Part shown: positions 30,891-40,989 of the stretch, in pieces
Position numbering within the stretch: the stretch's first letter is position 1
Layout: each line of letters starts with the position of its first letter
Assembly (NCBI GenBank): GCA_046754465.1
Contig: JBHHVU010000005.1
Coordinates: 33,243-97,242 of the forward strand
Source: Nitrospinaceae bacterium
GTDB lineage: Bacteria; Nitrospinota; Nitrospinia; Nitrospinales; VA-1
Reading direction: 5' to 3'
Length of the DNA stretch: 64,000 nt
Notes under the pieces: model-generated
What the model saw: the letters and a program-made list of their open reading frames with translations, nothing else
The model's database searches: none
Told to the model about the DNA's origin: nothing
Program-made: the position numbers and the translations under genes

Positions 30891-31694
30891 TCAAGACCCC
30901 CCGAAGATCTTTCTATTTTCCCTTCGATCCTCCTCAAGAAGTTTTTTCCAATCTCTTTTTTTGTAAGGCGCCTCCAGGAATTCGGCATAAATCGTTTTCG
31001 CCAATTCCTTCCGGTCCACTCCTTCCGGAGCAACCTGAATATCCAGTTGCGCGAGCGCCATATCGAAATCCCGGTCCAGCAAGGAAGCGGAATCCATTCC
31101 GTATTCCTTCAGGGTCTGGCGGATGCTGGCGGGGTCGAATCCGAACCGATTCGCCACTTCGTTGATGTTGGAAGGTTTGTATTGTTTGTTGGGCCCGATG
31201 CCGAGGTGATAGGCGCAAAACAAATCGAAAGGTTCGATGCCAGTGGTCCGTCCCTTTCCCTTTTCGCGGGAGGGGAGCGGATTCCGCTCCGAGGGGCTGG
31301 CCGGTCTTTCCCCCTTCATAGCCGCCACCCGCCGGTTTTTACCGGGGAAGCCGGTTCGCGGCGCATTCTTGCCGGTGAGCCCGTTTTGACGGTTTTTTTC
31401 ATTACGGGAGGTCCTGTTCCTGTCGTTGGTTCTCGTGTCATACCCGGCATTACCGTTTTTGGATGAGTGTTTTTTCGCCGAACCTTCCATCTTTCGCTTA
31501 TTGATGATGGGGATGTGGGAAGTCAAGGTCTGGGGGCTGGAATTCATCCACTGTTTGACCGCCTGGGCCCTGCTGGCCTGGGAATTGGTCCGGGACTGGT
31601 TTTTGGAGTGGCCATTGGTATTCCTGTTTTGGGAACGACGCGATTGATCGCTCCCCTTGGGGTTGGAACGCCGGGAAAATCCTGAATTCTTCAA
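30891..31694 (-). CDS. Hypothetical protein: basic disordered N-terminus plus conserved-looking C-terminal domain
   Basis: About 150 aa of R/N/S/K-rich low-complexity sequence, then PFDLFCAYHLGI...NINEVANRFGFDPASIRQTL (HTH-like); TTG start with SD AAGGA. Confidence 0.7.
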   Translation of the reverse strand: MKNSGFSRRSNPKGSDQSRRSQNRNTNGHSKNQSRTNSQASRAQAVKQWMNSSPQTLTSHIPIINKRKMEGSAKKHSSKNGNAGYDTRTNDRNRTSRNEKNRQNGLTGKNAPRTGFPGKNRRVAAMKGERPASPSERNPLPSREKGKGRTTGIEPFDLFCAYHLGIGPNKQYKPSNINEVANRFGFDPASIRQTLKEYGMDSASLLDRDFDMALAQLDIQVAPEGVDRKELAKTIYAEFLEAPYKKRDWKKLLEEDRRENRKIFGGS

Positions 31695-31801
31695 AACGTT
31701 ATTCCTTTATTAATTGGGCACGGAGTTCATAATGATTGGCCTGGGCGATCGAGCATTTCCCGCTGCGGGAAGCGGGCCAATTTGGGTTCTGGTGATTGCC
31801 A

Positions 31802-33619
31802 TCATACGCAATCGGTGGTCAAGGATTCCAACTGCTCCACCAGTTCCGAAAACTTGATCAGGGCGGTGCGGACCGGTTGCGGTGAGGTCATATCCACCCC
31901 GGCCTTTTTCAGGAGATCGATGGGGTACTTGGAGCCACCCGATTTCAAGAAATTCAAATAGTCGTTCAATTCGGACGCACCCCCCTGGAGGACACGGTCC
32001 GCGAGAGCATAGGCGGCGGAAATTCCGGTCGCGTACTTGTAAACATAAAAACTGAAATAAAAATGCGGAATGCGGAAACATTCCAGTGACAGACAGGGGT
32101 CCAGGACCACCCCGCCGCCAAAGTACCGTTCCAGCAATTTCCGGTATATCGTTTGGAACGCTTCCAGGGTCATCGGCTGACCGCTTTCCGCAGCCTGGTA
32201 GATGAGGTGTTCGAATTCGGCGAACATGGTCTGCCGGTACAAGGTTCCGCGGAAGTTATCGATTTCCCGGCAAAGCAGATAGATCCTCATATCGCGATCG
32301 ATGTCCCGGTCCAGCAGATACCGGGTGAGCAAGGCTTCGTTGAAGGTCGAGGCCACCTCGGCAACGAATATGGTGTAATCGGCATAAAGGTAAGGTTGAT
32401 TCCTTTTGGAATAATACGAGTGCATGGAATGCCCCGCCTCGTGGGCCAGGGTATACATTCCGTTGATGTCCTCTTCCCGGTAGTTCATGAGGATGAACGG
32501 ATTGGAATCGTAGCAGCCCGAGGAGTAGGCGCCGCTGCGTTTCCCCTTGCTTTCATACCGGTCGACCCACCGGTCCGCAAGCAATCCTTTCTCCAGGGTA
32601 GCCACATAATCCTTTCCCAAGGGTTTCAAGGCATCCAGAATTTTTTCCGACGCATCCACATAACTCATGTGCCAGTGAACATCCTTCACCAGGGGGACGC
32701 TGGTATCGTAGATATGCAATTCATCCAGTCCCAGCAGCCGTTTCCGGAGGTCGAAATAGCGGACCAGAGGTTGGAGGTTTTCGTGAACGCTTTGAATGAG
32801 ATTGTCGTACACCTCGACGGGAATGTTTTCCGAAAAGAGCGCCTGTTCGCGGACGGAGGGGTATTTCCACGACCGCGAATAAAACATGTCTTTTCTAACG
32901 CTGCTGGACAACAGGGAGGAGTAAGTGTAACGGTGATCCGCATAGGCGGAATAATAGGTTTCAAAAGCCTCGCGCCGGACCCGCCGGTCGTAGTTTTGCA
33001 TCAGACTCTGGAAATTTCCATGGGTGATGGGGATTTCCTCCCCCTTTTCATCCTTCACCTTGCCCAGTTTGAGGTCGGCGTTGTCCAGCATGTCGAACCC
33101 TTCTTTTGCCGCGCGGGCCATCTCCGCCGAACCGGCCAGCAGCGCTTCTTCCCGTTCGGAAAGAGTATGCTTTCGAAACCGCAGCAAGCGTTCCAGGTAG
33201 ACCTTGAAAAATTCCAGTTTTTCATCCCGCAAATATTCATTCATCCTGTCTTCAGGAATCGCCATGAGTTCGGCGCGGATAAAACTTCCGGCCTGCGAGA
33301 CGCGCGCGGCCAACCCGGTCACTTTTTCATAGTTGCCCTGGTAAAAGGTGTTGGTCTTGTCTTCGTCGTTGCGGAGGTGGGCATAGGTATAGACCTTCTC
33401 CAACTGCCGGGAAACCCCCATATCGAATTCGAGGCAGTCCTTCAAGGCATCCGCCGATTCGCCCAGCTTTCCCCGGTGGCGGGCATAGGTTTCGAACCGG
33501 GACTCCAGATCGGTAAAATCTTTTTGCCAGGCCTCGTCACTTGGGTAGAGTCCGGAAAGATCCCACCGGCAATCCTCGGCAATTTCATTTCGGGTAATAA
33601 ACCCAGTTCGGGTTTCCAT
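31802..33619 (-). CDS. pepF: Oligoendopeptidase F (M3B)
   Basis: WDLS.LY, KRSGAYS, TLAHEAGHSMH (HExxH), AEVASTFNE, RIPHFY..FYVYKYATG. Confidence 0.95.
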   Translation of the reverse strand: METRTGFITRNEIAEDCRWDLSGLYPSDEAWQKDFTDLESRFETYARHRGKLGESADALKDCLEFDMGVSRQLEKVYTYAHLRNDEDKTNTFYQGNYEKVTGLAARVSQAGSFIRAELMAIPEDRMNEYLRDEKLEFFKVYLERLLRFRKHTLSEREEALLAGSAEMARAAKEGFDMLDNADLKLGKVKDEKGEEIPITHGNFQSLMQNYDRRVRREAFETYYSAYADHRYTYSSLLSSSVRKDMFYSRSWKYPSVREQALFSENIPVEVYDNLIQSVHENLQPLVRYFDLRKRLLGLDELHIYDTSVPLVKDVHWHMSYVDASEKILDALKPLGKDYVATLEKGLLADRWVDRYESKGKRSGAYSSGCYDSNPFILMNYREEDINGMYTLAHEAGHSMHSYYSKRNQPYLYADYTIFVAEVASTFNEALLTRYLLDRDIDRDMRIYLLCREIDNFRGTLYRQTMFAEFEHLIYQAAESGQPMTLEAFQTIYRKLLERYFGGGVVLDPCLSLECFRIPHFYFSFYVYKYATGISAAYALADRVLQGGASELNDYLNFLKSGGSKYPIDLLKKAGVDMTSPQPVRTALIKFSELVEQLESLTTDCV

Positions 33620-33680
33620 AAGGGTGATGATTTATCGAAGCGGTTCCGGAATTTTTTCCAAGCTTTGCACGGGGTTAAAT

Positions 33681-36332
33681 CTAGGAAATCGCCTGTTCAA
33701 TGGTTTTTAAATGGACCTTCAGTTTGGTTTGCTTTTCAGAAAGGGCCAGTTTTCTTTGGCTGTCTTTTTCGACGACATCGGGAGGAGCGTTCTTGACGAA
33801 ATTCGGGTTGGAAAGCTTCTTCTCTAGAAATATGATGTCTTTTTCAATTTTTTTCAACTCTTTTTCGACCCGGCTCTTTTCTTCGGCAAAATTCATCATC
33901 CCTTCCAGGGGAACGATCAGGTCCATTCCATCCAAAATGGAAGAGGCGGCCACCTTGGGTTTGACGATGGAGTCATCCACCGTAAGCCCGTTCACCCGCG
34001 CCAGTTCCTGGATATACCTGACATGCCCATCGATGGTGGCTTTTTGTCCGGGATCATTGGTTCGAACCAGTAACTGCAGGGTGAGAGACGGGCTCAGGTT
34101 CATTTCCCCGCGGATGTTCCGCACACCGGTGATGACATCCATCACCAATTGAAAATCTTCTTCCACCCGGCCGTCCGTTCGGGATGCATCGTAACTGGGA
34201 TACGGCGCAGTCATGATGCTCTTGCCCTCGGCCGGAAGCTTTTGCCAAATCTCCTCGGTGATGAATGGCATGAACGGGTGCAGCAACTTCAAACTTGTTT
34301 CCAGAACATGCAACAGAACATTCTGGGCAACCTGTTTTTCGGGACCGGGTGCGGACAGGCTGGATTTGGAAAGTTCGATGTACCAGTCACAAAACTCGTT
34401 CCAGATGAATTTATAAACGGCGGACGCGGCTTCGTTGAATTTAAATTCCTCCAGCGCCCGGTGAACATCGCGGCAGGCGGCATTGAGGCGGCTGAGGATC
34501 CACCGGTCGGCGGGGGAGCGCTCCAGGGATTCATCCAGCCGGCAGGTGCCCTGGTAATCCTCGAGGTGCATGAAAACAAAACGCGACGCATTCCACAATT
34601 TGTTGCAGAAATTGCGATACCCCTCGATCCGTTCCTCCGCTAGTTTGATGTCCCTTCCCTGCGCCGCGAAGGCCGCCAGGGTGAACCGGAGCGCGTCGGT
34701 GCCATACTTGCTCATCATGGTCAGGGGGTCGATGACGTTGCCCTTGGTCTTGCTCATCTTCTGACCCTCGGCATCGCGGATCAGGGCGTGGATATAAACG
34801 TAATGGAAGGGAATTTCCTTCATCATCTTGAGACCCATCATGATCATCCGGGCCACCCAGAAAAACAAGATGTCGAATCCGGTGCAAAGGACGGTGGTGG
34901 GATAAAACCGTTCGAGGGTGGGGGTCTTTTCGGGCCATCCCAAGGTTGAAAACGGCCACAGGGCCGAACTGAACCAGGTGTCGAGTACATCCGTTTCCTG
35001 GACCAGGTCCGTGGCTTCGCACTGGGCGCATCGCTCGGGCGCCTCCCGGGCGACCATCATTTCGCCGCATTGGGAACAATGCCAGGCCGGAATTTGGTGA
35101 CCCCACCAGATCTGCCGGGAAATGCACCAGTCGCGGATATTTTCCATCCATTCAAAGTAAGTTTTCTCCCAATGCTTGGGAACGATCTGTATGGACCTGT
35201 TTCTCACCGCGTCGATGGCGGGCCGGGCCAGGGGCTTGGCTTTCACGAACCATTGTTTGGACAGGGAGGGTTCCACCACCGTTTTGCAACGGTAACAATG
35301 ACCGACGGAATGAAGGTGGCCGTCGATCCGCACCAGAAGCCCGCGGGTTTGCAATTCCTCCACCACTTTCTTCCTGCAAGTGAATCGGTCGAGGCCCTGG
35401 AAGCGTGAACCCGCCTGTTCGCTCATCGTCGCATCGGGATTCATTACGTTGACCACGGGCAGGTCATGGCGTTGTCCGATTTCGAAATCGTTGGGATCGT
35501 GCGCTGGGGTCACCTTGAGCGCCCCGGACCCAAACGCGATATCCACGTAAGAGTCCTGGATGATGGGAATTTCCCGTTCAACCAAAGGCAGGATCAATGT
35601 TTTTCCCTTCACGTCCCGGTAGCGTTCATCTTCGGTATGAACGGCCACGGCGGTATCCCCCAGCAGGGTTTCGGGCCGGGTGGTAGCGATGGTGAGGAAC
35701 CGGTCCTCCCCCTTGAACGGATACTTGATGTGGTACAGATGTCCCTTGGTTTCCTGGTATTCCACTTCCAGGTCCGAGAGGGCGGTGCGGCATCGGGGAC
35801 ACCAGTTGATGATATAATCACCCTTGTAGATCAGCCCCTCTTCATACAGGGAGACGAAAACCTCCCGCACCGCGCGAGAGAGTCCTTCATCCATCGTGAA
35901 CCGGTCCCTCTCCCAATCCAGGGAACACCCCAGTTTGCGCAGTTGATGGACGATGGTTCCGCCGGACTCCGCCCGCCATTTCCAGACCCGCTGGATGAAG
36001 GCTTCGCGGCCCAGAGCCTGCCGGTCGGTCCCCTCGGCGTGAAGCTGCCGTTCCACCACGTTTTGTGTCGCGATTCCCGCATGGTCGGTCCCCGGCTGCC
36101 ACAGCGTGTTGAAGCCCAGCATGCGTTTCCACCGAATCAAAATATCCTGAAGGGTGTTGTTGAACGCATGCCCGATATGCAGGGACCCGGTGATATTCGG
36201 CGGGGGAATCACGATGGAATAGGTTTCGCCCTCCAAATTTTCATCGGCGTGGTGGAGCCGGTGTTCATCCCAAAAAGCGGACCAACGCTCTTCCACCTGA
36301 TGAGGATCGTATTTTTTATCGAGCTGAATCAT
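33681..36332 (-). CDS. valS: Valine--tRNA ligase
   Basis: PPPNITGSLHIGHA, DHAGIATQ, TTRPET, DWCISRQ, KMSKT, C-terminal coiled coil. Confidence 0.98.
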   Translation of the reverse strand: MIQLDKKYDPHQVEERWSAFWDEHRLHHADENLEGETYSIVIPPPNITGSLHIGHAFNNTLQDILIRWKRMLGFNTLWQPGTDHAGIATQNVVERQLHAEGTDRQALGREAFIQRVWKWRAESGGTIVHQLRKLGCSLDWERDRFTMDEGLSRAVREVFVSLYEEGLIYKGDYIINWCPRCRTALSDLEVEYQETKGHLYHIKYPFKGEDRFLTIATTRPETLLGDTAVAVHTEDERYRDVKGKTLILPLVEREIPIIQDSYVDIAFGSGALKVTPAHDPNDFEIGQRHDLPVVNVMNPDATMSEQAGSRFQGLDRFTCRKKVVEELQTRGLLVRIDGHLHSVGHCYRCKTVVEPSLSKQWFVKAKPLARPAIDAVRNRSIQIVPKHWEKTYFEWMENIRDWCISRQIWWGHQIPAWHCSQCGEMMVAREAPERCAQCEATDLVQETDVLDTWFSSALWPFSTLGWPEKTPTLERFYPTTVLCTGFDILFFWVARMIMMGLKMMKEIPFHYVYIHALIRDAEGQKMSKTKGNVIDPLTMMSKYGTDALRFTLAAFAAQGRDIKLAEERIEGYRNFCNKLWNASRFVFMHLEDYQGTCRLDESLERSPADRWILSRLNAACRDVHRALEEFKFNEAASAVYKFIWNEFCDWYIELSKSSLSAPGPEKQVAQNVLLHVLETSLKLLHPFMPFITEEIWQKLPAEGKSIMTAPYPSYDASRTDGRVEEDFQLVMDVITGVRNIRGEMNLSPSLTLQLLVRTNDPGQKATIDGHVRYIQELARVNGLTVDDSIVKPKVAASSILDGMDLIVPLEGMMNFAEEKSRVEKELKKIEKDIIFLEKKLSNPNFVKNAPPDVVEKDSQRKLALSEKQTKLKVHLKTIEQAIS

Positions 36333-36582
36333 GAAGAACGGATTGAATAATTTTTTTTCGGATGCGATGGAGGAATTTCATTCATCCACAGGAAAAACCC
36401 TGTACAGGTTCCTTCTTCCCCGGGCGATGTATCATCAACCCCCCGGCCTTGAAACCGGTTTGGGGAATATCCGCCGGTGACGGGAACGGGTGAATCGACC
36501 GTTCGCCTCCCTGTGTATTCACTCTAAGGAAAAGAGAAAAAACCGCTTGTTATTGAAAAATCCTTGGTCCAGGAAGCGCGAT

Positions 36583-38004
36583 TTACGATTCTTCCATTTT
36601 TCTGATCCGGTCGATTTCTTCCTGGATGACCTCCCGGACGATGCCAGGGGTGACCTCGCGGACCATCTCCTTGACCGCTTGAAGGATCGTTTGGGAGAGG
36701 CCGGCCATTTCTTTTTCAATGGAAGAGTCGAGGGACTGGGCCAAAATTCTCTTCACTTCTTCTCCCACGAGGTGGACGAGCCGGTCCTCACTGATTTCCT
36801 GCGGACCCTCGGAATTTTCCCCCGGCGCCTCCAGCGATGAGGGGCCTGGTTGCGCGTTCTGGTTTTTTCCGGAATTTTCGGTGGCAATTGAGCGGGTTTC
36901 CTGGATCATGGCGGGTGCGCCACCCTGGGATACCGGTTGAAAATGGTGATGGGCCAGATCCCCCAGCAGATCTTCGGGCTCCGGAGTGATGGAGTCCACC
37001 TCATCCGTTTTCTCTTCGTCATTGGAGGCAAATTTTTCCGCTGCATTGGCGGAGCCCGGTCCTTCCTGAACGATTTCGTGGAACGCCGCCTCCAATTCCT
37101 GCGGCTCGTCTTCGGGATGTGAACCCACCTCCGCTACGATTTCCTTATCCTCCTCCAGCGAAGATTCTCCGGCGGCGGGTTGGGATGACATTTCCTTCAA
37201 CGCTTTCATATCGTGGATCACTTGATCGATCGCTTCCGAGGTGGATGGTTTTTCAGTCCATTCCGGACTTTTTATTTTTTCGGTGAGGTGGGAAAGCTCT
37301 TCCACTTTATGCAAAAGTTCTTCCGGCGACCCTTCTCCCTCTGCCGGCACGAGTTCTTCTTCCGGAAGTGGCTCCGTGGGGGGTTCCTCCTCGCCGACCG
37401 GGACGGGCGTCCCGATTTCAGGGGGAGCCTGTGGGCTCTCATACTTCAAATCAAGGTCGTCCGTGGAAAATTCGAGCAGGAAATCTTCTTCCTTATCGGG
37501 AAGGGAATCCCCGGCCCCCTCCAGGAAATCCTCGTCCGTCAGGTCGATGACCCGTTCATCCTCTTCATCCACCATATCAGCTTCAGAAAGGGAAATCACC
37601 TCTTCCTCTTCTTCAGCGGGGGCGGGGGGAGTCCCCGGGGAGGCAAGCAAGTCTTTCACCCTGCGGACGATATCCTCGGATTTGAAGGGTTTGGTGATAT
37701 GGTCATCCGCACCGGATTTACGGAATTGGTCTTCGTTGAAGTCCTCGAAGTCGCTGGCCAACAATAACACGGAAATGGATGAGAAATCCGGAGACGATTT
37801 AATTTTCCTGCTCAGGTCGAATCCATTCAATCCGGGCATGTCCACATCCGCCAACACGATATCCGGTTGGAAATCACCGAGCTTGTCGAAAGCGCCTTGT
37901 CCATTTCCGATTCCCTCGACTATGGCATCTTCGTTTTCAAAAGCCATGGAAACGATCTTCTGAATGGTAATACTGTCATCCGCGACTAAAATTCTAGCCG
38001 TCAT
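36583..38004 (-). CDS. Response regulator with long acidic disordered linker and C-terminal helical motif (RomR-like)
   Basis: Receiver (ADDS, DVDMP, KPF), about 280 aa Glu/Pro-rich linker, terminal EMVREVTPGIVREVIQEEIDRI; directly upstream of valS. Confidence 0.75.
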   Translation of the reverse strand: MTARILVADDSITIQKIVSMAFENEDAIVEGIGNGQGAFDKLGDFQPDIVLADVDMPGLNGFDLSRKIKSSPDFSSISVLLLASDFEDFNEDQFRKSGADDHITKPFKSEDIVRRVKDLLASPGTPPAPAEEEEEVISLSEADMVDEEDERVIDLTDEDFLEGAGDSLPDKEEDFLLEFSTDDLDLKYESPQAPPEIGTPVPVGEEEPPTEPLPEEELVPAEGEGSPEELLHKVEELSHLTEKIKSPEWTEKPSTSEAIDQVIHDMKALKEMSSQPAAGESSLEEDKEIVAEVGSHPEDEPQELEAAFHEIVQEGPGSANAAEKFASNDEEKTDEVDSITPEPEDLLGDLAHHHFQPVSQGGAPAMIQETRSIATENSGKNQNAQPGPSSLEAPGENSEGPQEISEDRLVHLVGEEVKRILAQSLDSSIEKEMAGLSQTILQAVKEMVREVTPGIVREVIQEEIDRIRKMEES

Positions 38005-38353
38005 AAGAGAAATTCCATTTTGGAATCTGGGAGCAGAAAATCAGAGCAACATCCGGGAATTCGCCCTTCACCCGGGACTGGTGACCGATGGAAGGATAAC
38101 TTATTCATTATTAACTTTTTATTTTATTATAGCACAAATTTCATTTATAGCATATTTTGCCTTTCCGCAACTAAAAAATAGCGGAACCGCCAATACATTC
38201 GGGGTTTAAACGGAAAGGGCCGGGCGGCCACGGTTCCGATTGCCGAAATGAGTCCGGAAATCACCTCACTTGTCTTTGTTTTAATTAATGATACTATGAT
38301 CACACGCTATCCCCATTCAGAACGGTTTTGAGAATCCACCAGGAAGTCACATC

Positions 38354-40360
38354 ATGCAAGAGAGCGTGTTTTGGACACCGGTCCTGAAAAAAATGAACCG
38401 GGAACCGTGGACAGGGAAACCTGCATCGGAGAATCCCTCTCCGATGTTGGGCTGTCTGGTTCTCTTGGTAGGGTTGTTAATCCTCCTGCCTGGGGCAGCC
38501 CTGGCCAAATATATCCAGTTGGACGGGGTAATCGGCGTGAAATCCCGCTTCAGCAGTGGTTGCTCCACGATTGAGGAAACCGCCGAATTGGCGAAACAGG
38601 TTGGAGTCGACGTGGTGATTTTCACCGACCACGCCAGGAATTCCCTCCAATACGGAATCTTCCCCTTTGAGCGCCTGGTGAAAAAAACCCTGGAATGGCC
38701 CTCCATTCTTACCACGGGCGCGGCGTCGTATCTTTCAGAAATCCAGGAAGAGGACCGGCGATTCAAGGATACACTGCTGATTCCGGGAGCGGAAGCCGCC
38801 CCTTTCTACTATTGGACGGGCAGCATTTTCAAAAACGACCTCATTGCGCACGGCTGGAACAAACGTCTGGACATCATCGGACTCCACCATGCCGAAGATC
38901 TGGAGCAACTTCCTCTCCTCAACAGTAATTTTTCCAAACAGTACATGGCGAACTTTCAAGCCGCCGCGATAGGACTGGGATTTCTTTTTCTGATCACGGT
39001 GGCGATGGCGCTCAAGGGAATCAACAAAAAAGTTTCCATTCCCGCCGCCATCCTGTTCGGGTTATTGATACTCAACAACCATCCTTTCAAAAGCTCGCCC
39101 TTCGATCAATACCATGGGGATCAGGGAATCAAACCCTACCAGGAGGTGATCGATTTCGCCAATTCCAGGGAAGCCCTGGTATTCTGGAAAGATCTCGATG
39201 GTATCGGCGGCAAACGGGATTTAGGGGCCATTCACCTGGAAAACAAGGCCCATCCCGAGGATTTGGTTCTGGCCCGCGAATATACGGGATTCGAGGCGGT
39301 CGCGGCCGACCCGGTTTCCGTTACGGATCCGGGAAATACCTGGGATCATATTCTCACGCAATATCTGCGCCGGGAAAGAGCGCACCCGGTTTGGGGGTAT
39401 GGGGGAAATGGCTACGAATGTCAAGGCCAGGCCGGGCCGCAATTCGGCGCAGTCCGGACCATTTTCCTGGTCCGGGAAAAAACACGGAAGGCCGTCATGC
39501 AGGCCATGAAAACAGGCCGGATGTATGCCGTGCGCCAACCCGGTCCCAACCGCCTGTCGATGGATGAATTCATCATCAAGGACAAGATCACCGGAAAGGA
39601 GGCGGCCGCCGGAGAAGAAATCAACCTCACCGATGTTCCGGAAATCACCTTAAAAATCCGCTCTGCCCAGGGGGAAGCCAAAAGAGCCAGAATCTACCTG
39701 ATCCGTAACGGACAAATAGTGCGGCGGGAGACCGTCTCGCTCCCTCACCAGTTCAACTGGCGTGATAAGGAAGTGGACATGACCGCACCGGCTTTTTACA
39801 GGATCAAAGCCACGGTCAGTTCGGTGGACTACCTGGTTTCCAATCCCATTTTTGTAAGATTCGGAAAATTGCCCGCGGAAACGGCGTCCGCCCCACCTGG
39901 GGCGGATCAGGCACCCCCGCCGCAAAAACCCATCCCGCCAAGGATAAATATCCCTCAACCTCCAGGCGCCCCCGAATCCCAATCCACCGAAAAGCCGGAA
40001 CTGGCGCGGTTGAATGGCCCCGACGCTCCGGCGGCGGCAAAAGTTCCGCCACCCCCGCCCCCTCCGATACCGGAAACCATCCACAAGCCCGCCGTCCCCA
40101 AAATAGTCCAACCTTCCGGAACCCAGGCGGAAAAGAGCCCCTCCCCTTCCGAAAAAAAATACGTGCGAGTGCTCATCGACGGGGTTTCCTTGAAAAAGGG
40201 TCCGGGCGCGGTCTTCCCCGAAGTGGAAAAGGTGAACAAGGGCCAGAAACTTCTTCTTATCAGGAAAACCAAGGTCGCCTTTGACGGCAAGGTCTGGCTG
40301 GTCGTCAAGACGGGGGACCGCCTCGCCTATATCTGGGGAGGACTGGTGAAGGAGGAATGA
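38354..40360 (+). CDS. Membrane-associated PHP-like protein with Pro-rich linker and C-terminal SH3-like domain
   Basis: Signal/TM segment, PHP-like N-terminus (TDH, IPGAE), two internal TM helices, beta-rich YRIKA...SNPIFV segment, Pro-rich stretch, SL.KGPG..F..V..V.KG...W..V...AYIW (SH3b-like). Start uncertain. Confidence 0.65.
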   Translation: MQESVFWTPVLKKMNREPWTGKPASENPSPMLGCLVLLVGLLILLPGAALAKYIQLDGVIGVKSRFSSGCSTIEETAELAKQVGVDVVIFTDHARNSLQYGIFPFERLVKKTLEWPSILTTGAASYLSEIQEEDRRFKDTLLIPGAEAAPFYYWTGSIFKNDLIAHGWNKRLDIIGLHHAEDLEQLPLLNSNFSKQYMANFQAAAIGLGFLFLITVAMALKGINKKVSIPAAILFGLLILNNHPFKSSPFDQYHGDQGIKPYQEVIDFANSREALVFWKDLDGIGGKRDLGAIHLENKAHPEDLVLAREYTGFEAVAADPVSVTDPGNTWDHILTQYLRRERAHPVWGYGGNGYECQGQAGPQFGAVRTIFLVREKTRKAVMQAMKTGRMYAVRQPGPNRLSMDEFIIKDKITGKEAAAGEEINLTDVPEITLKIRSAQGEAKRARIYLIRNGQIVRRETVSLPHQFNWRDKEVDMTAPAFYRIKATVSSVDYLVSNPIFVRFGKLPAETASAPPGADQAPPPQKPIPPRINIPQPPGAPESQSTEKPELARLNGPDAPAAAKVPPPPPPPIPETIHKPAVPKIVQPSGTQAEKSPSPSEKKYVRVLIDGVSLKKGPGAVFPEVEKVNKGQKLLLIRKTKVAFDGKVWLVVKTGDRLAYIWGGLVKEE

Positions 40361-40381
40361 GACCGCGAGGTGGACCTCCCG

Positions 40382-40930
40382 TCAGGAAAACTTGTCCACC
40401 GCCATTCCCTTATCCAGCCGATAAAGGAATAAATGGTTGCGGGGAAGCATCCTCGTGGGTGTCATCCTCCGCAGGCAAAACCGATAGGAAATGATACGGA
40501 CTGTCGGTTTGAGGTAGCGGAATTTGTCGGGGAAAAGCCGGTCCAACGCCTGGTGGGTCAGATAAACATAGATCACATCCGCGTCGGTATAATCGAAATC
40601 ATAAAAGTTCTTGCGGATGATTCGCACGCGTCCCTCCACCCCCGACCAGCGGGCCAGTCTTCTGGAAATCCAGACCTTCAGCGGGTCCATTTCCAGTCCC
40701 ACCCCGGTGGCGCCATAATTTTTCGCCGCGGCAATCAACACCCGTCCGTCTCCCGATCCCAAATCGTAGACTTTTTCCCCGGGCTTGATTTCCGCGAATT
40801 CGAGGATGTTGCGAATGGTCCGGGGTAACAGCGGGTGCCAGGGAGATCCGAAAAACGCGGGGAGAATCACCATCCCCGCGAGGATCAGGAAAAATCCAAT
40901 CACAATGACGGAGGTTACCGTTTCAATCAT
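40382..40930 (-). CDS. Class I SAM-dependent methyltransferase with N-terminal membrane anchor
   Basis: TM helix, P..P, YDLGSGDGRV, G.E, ADVIYVYL, ISY.F. Confidence 0.85.
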   Translation of the reverse strand: MIETVTSVIVIGFFLILAGMVILPAFFGSPWHPLLPRTIRNILEFAEIKPGEKVYDLGSGDGRVLIAAAKNYGATGVGLEMDPLKVWISRRLARWSGVEGRVRIIRKNFYDFDYTDADVIYVYLTHQALDRLFPDKFRYLKPTVRIISYRFCLRRMTPTRMLPRNHLFLYRLDKGMAVDKFS

Positions 40931-40989
40931 CGTCCCGGTTTTGGAGGAATCGCGGGCCGCGGCTTGAGGGGGAAATCGCTGGCTCCATC

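Noticed and set aside
36333..36582. Possible T-box leader upstream of valS
   Set aside because: No T-box consensus (GGTGGNACC) or specifier stem on the minus strand.
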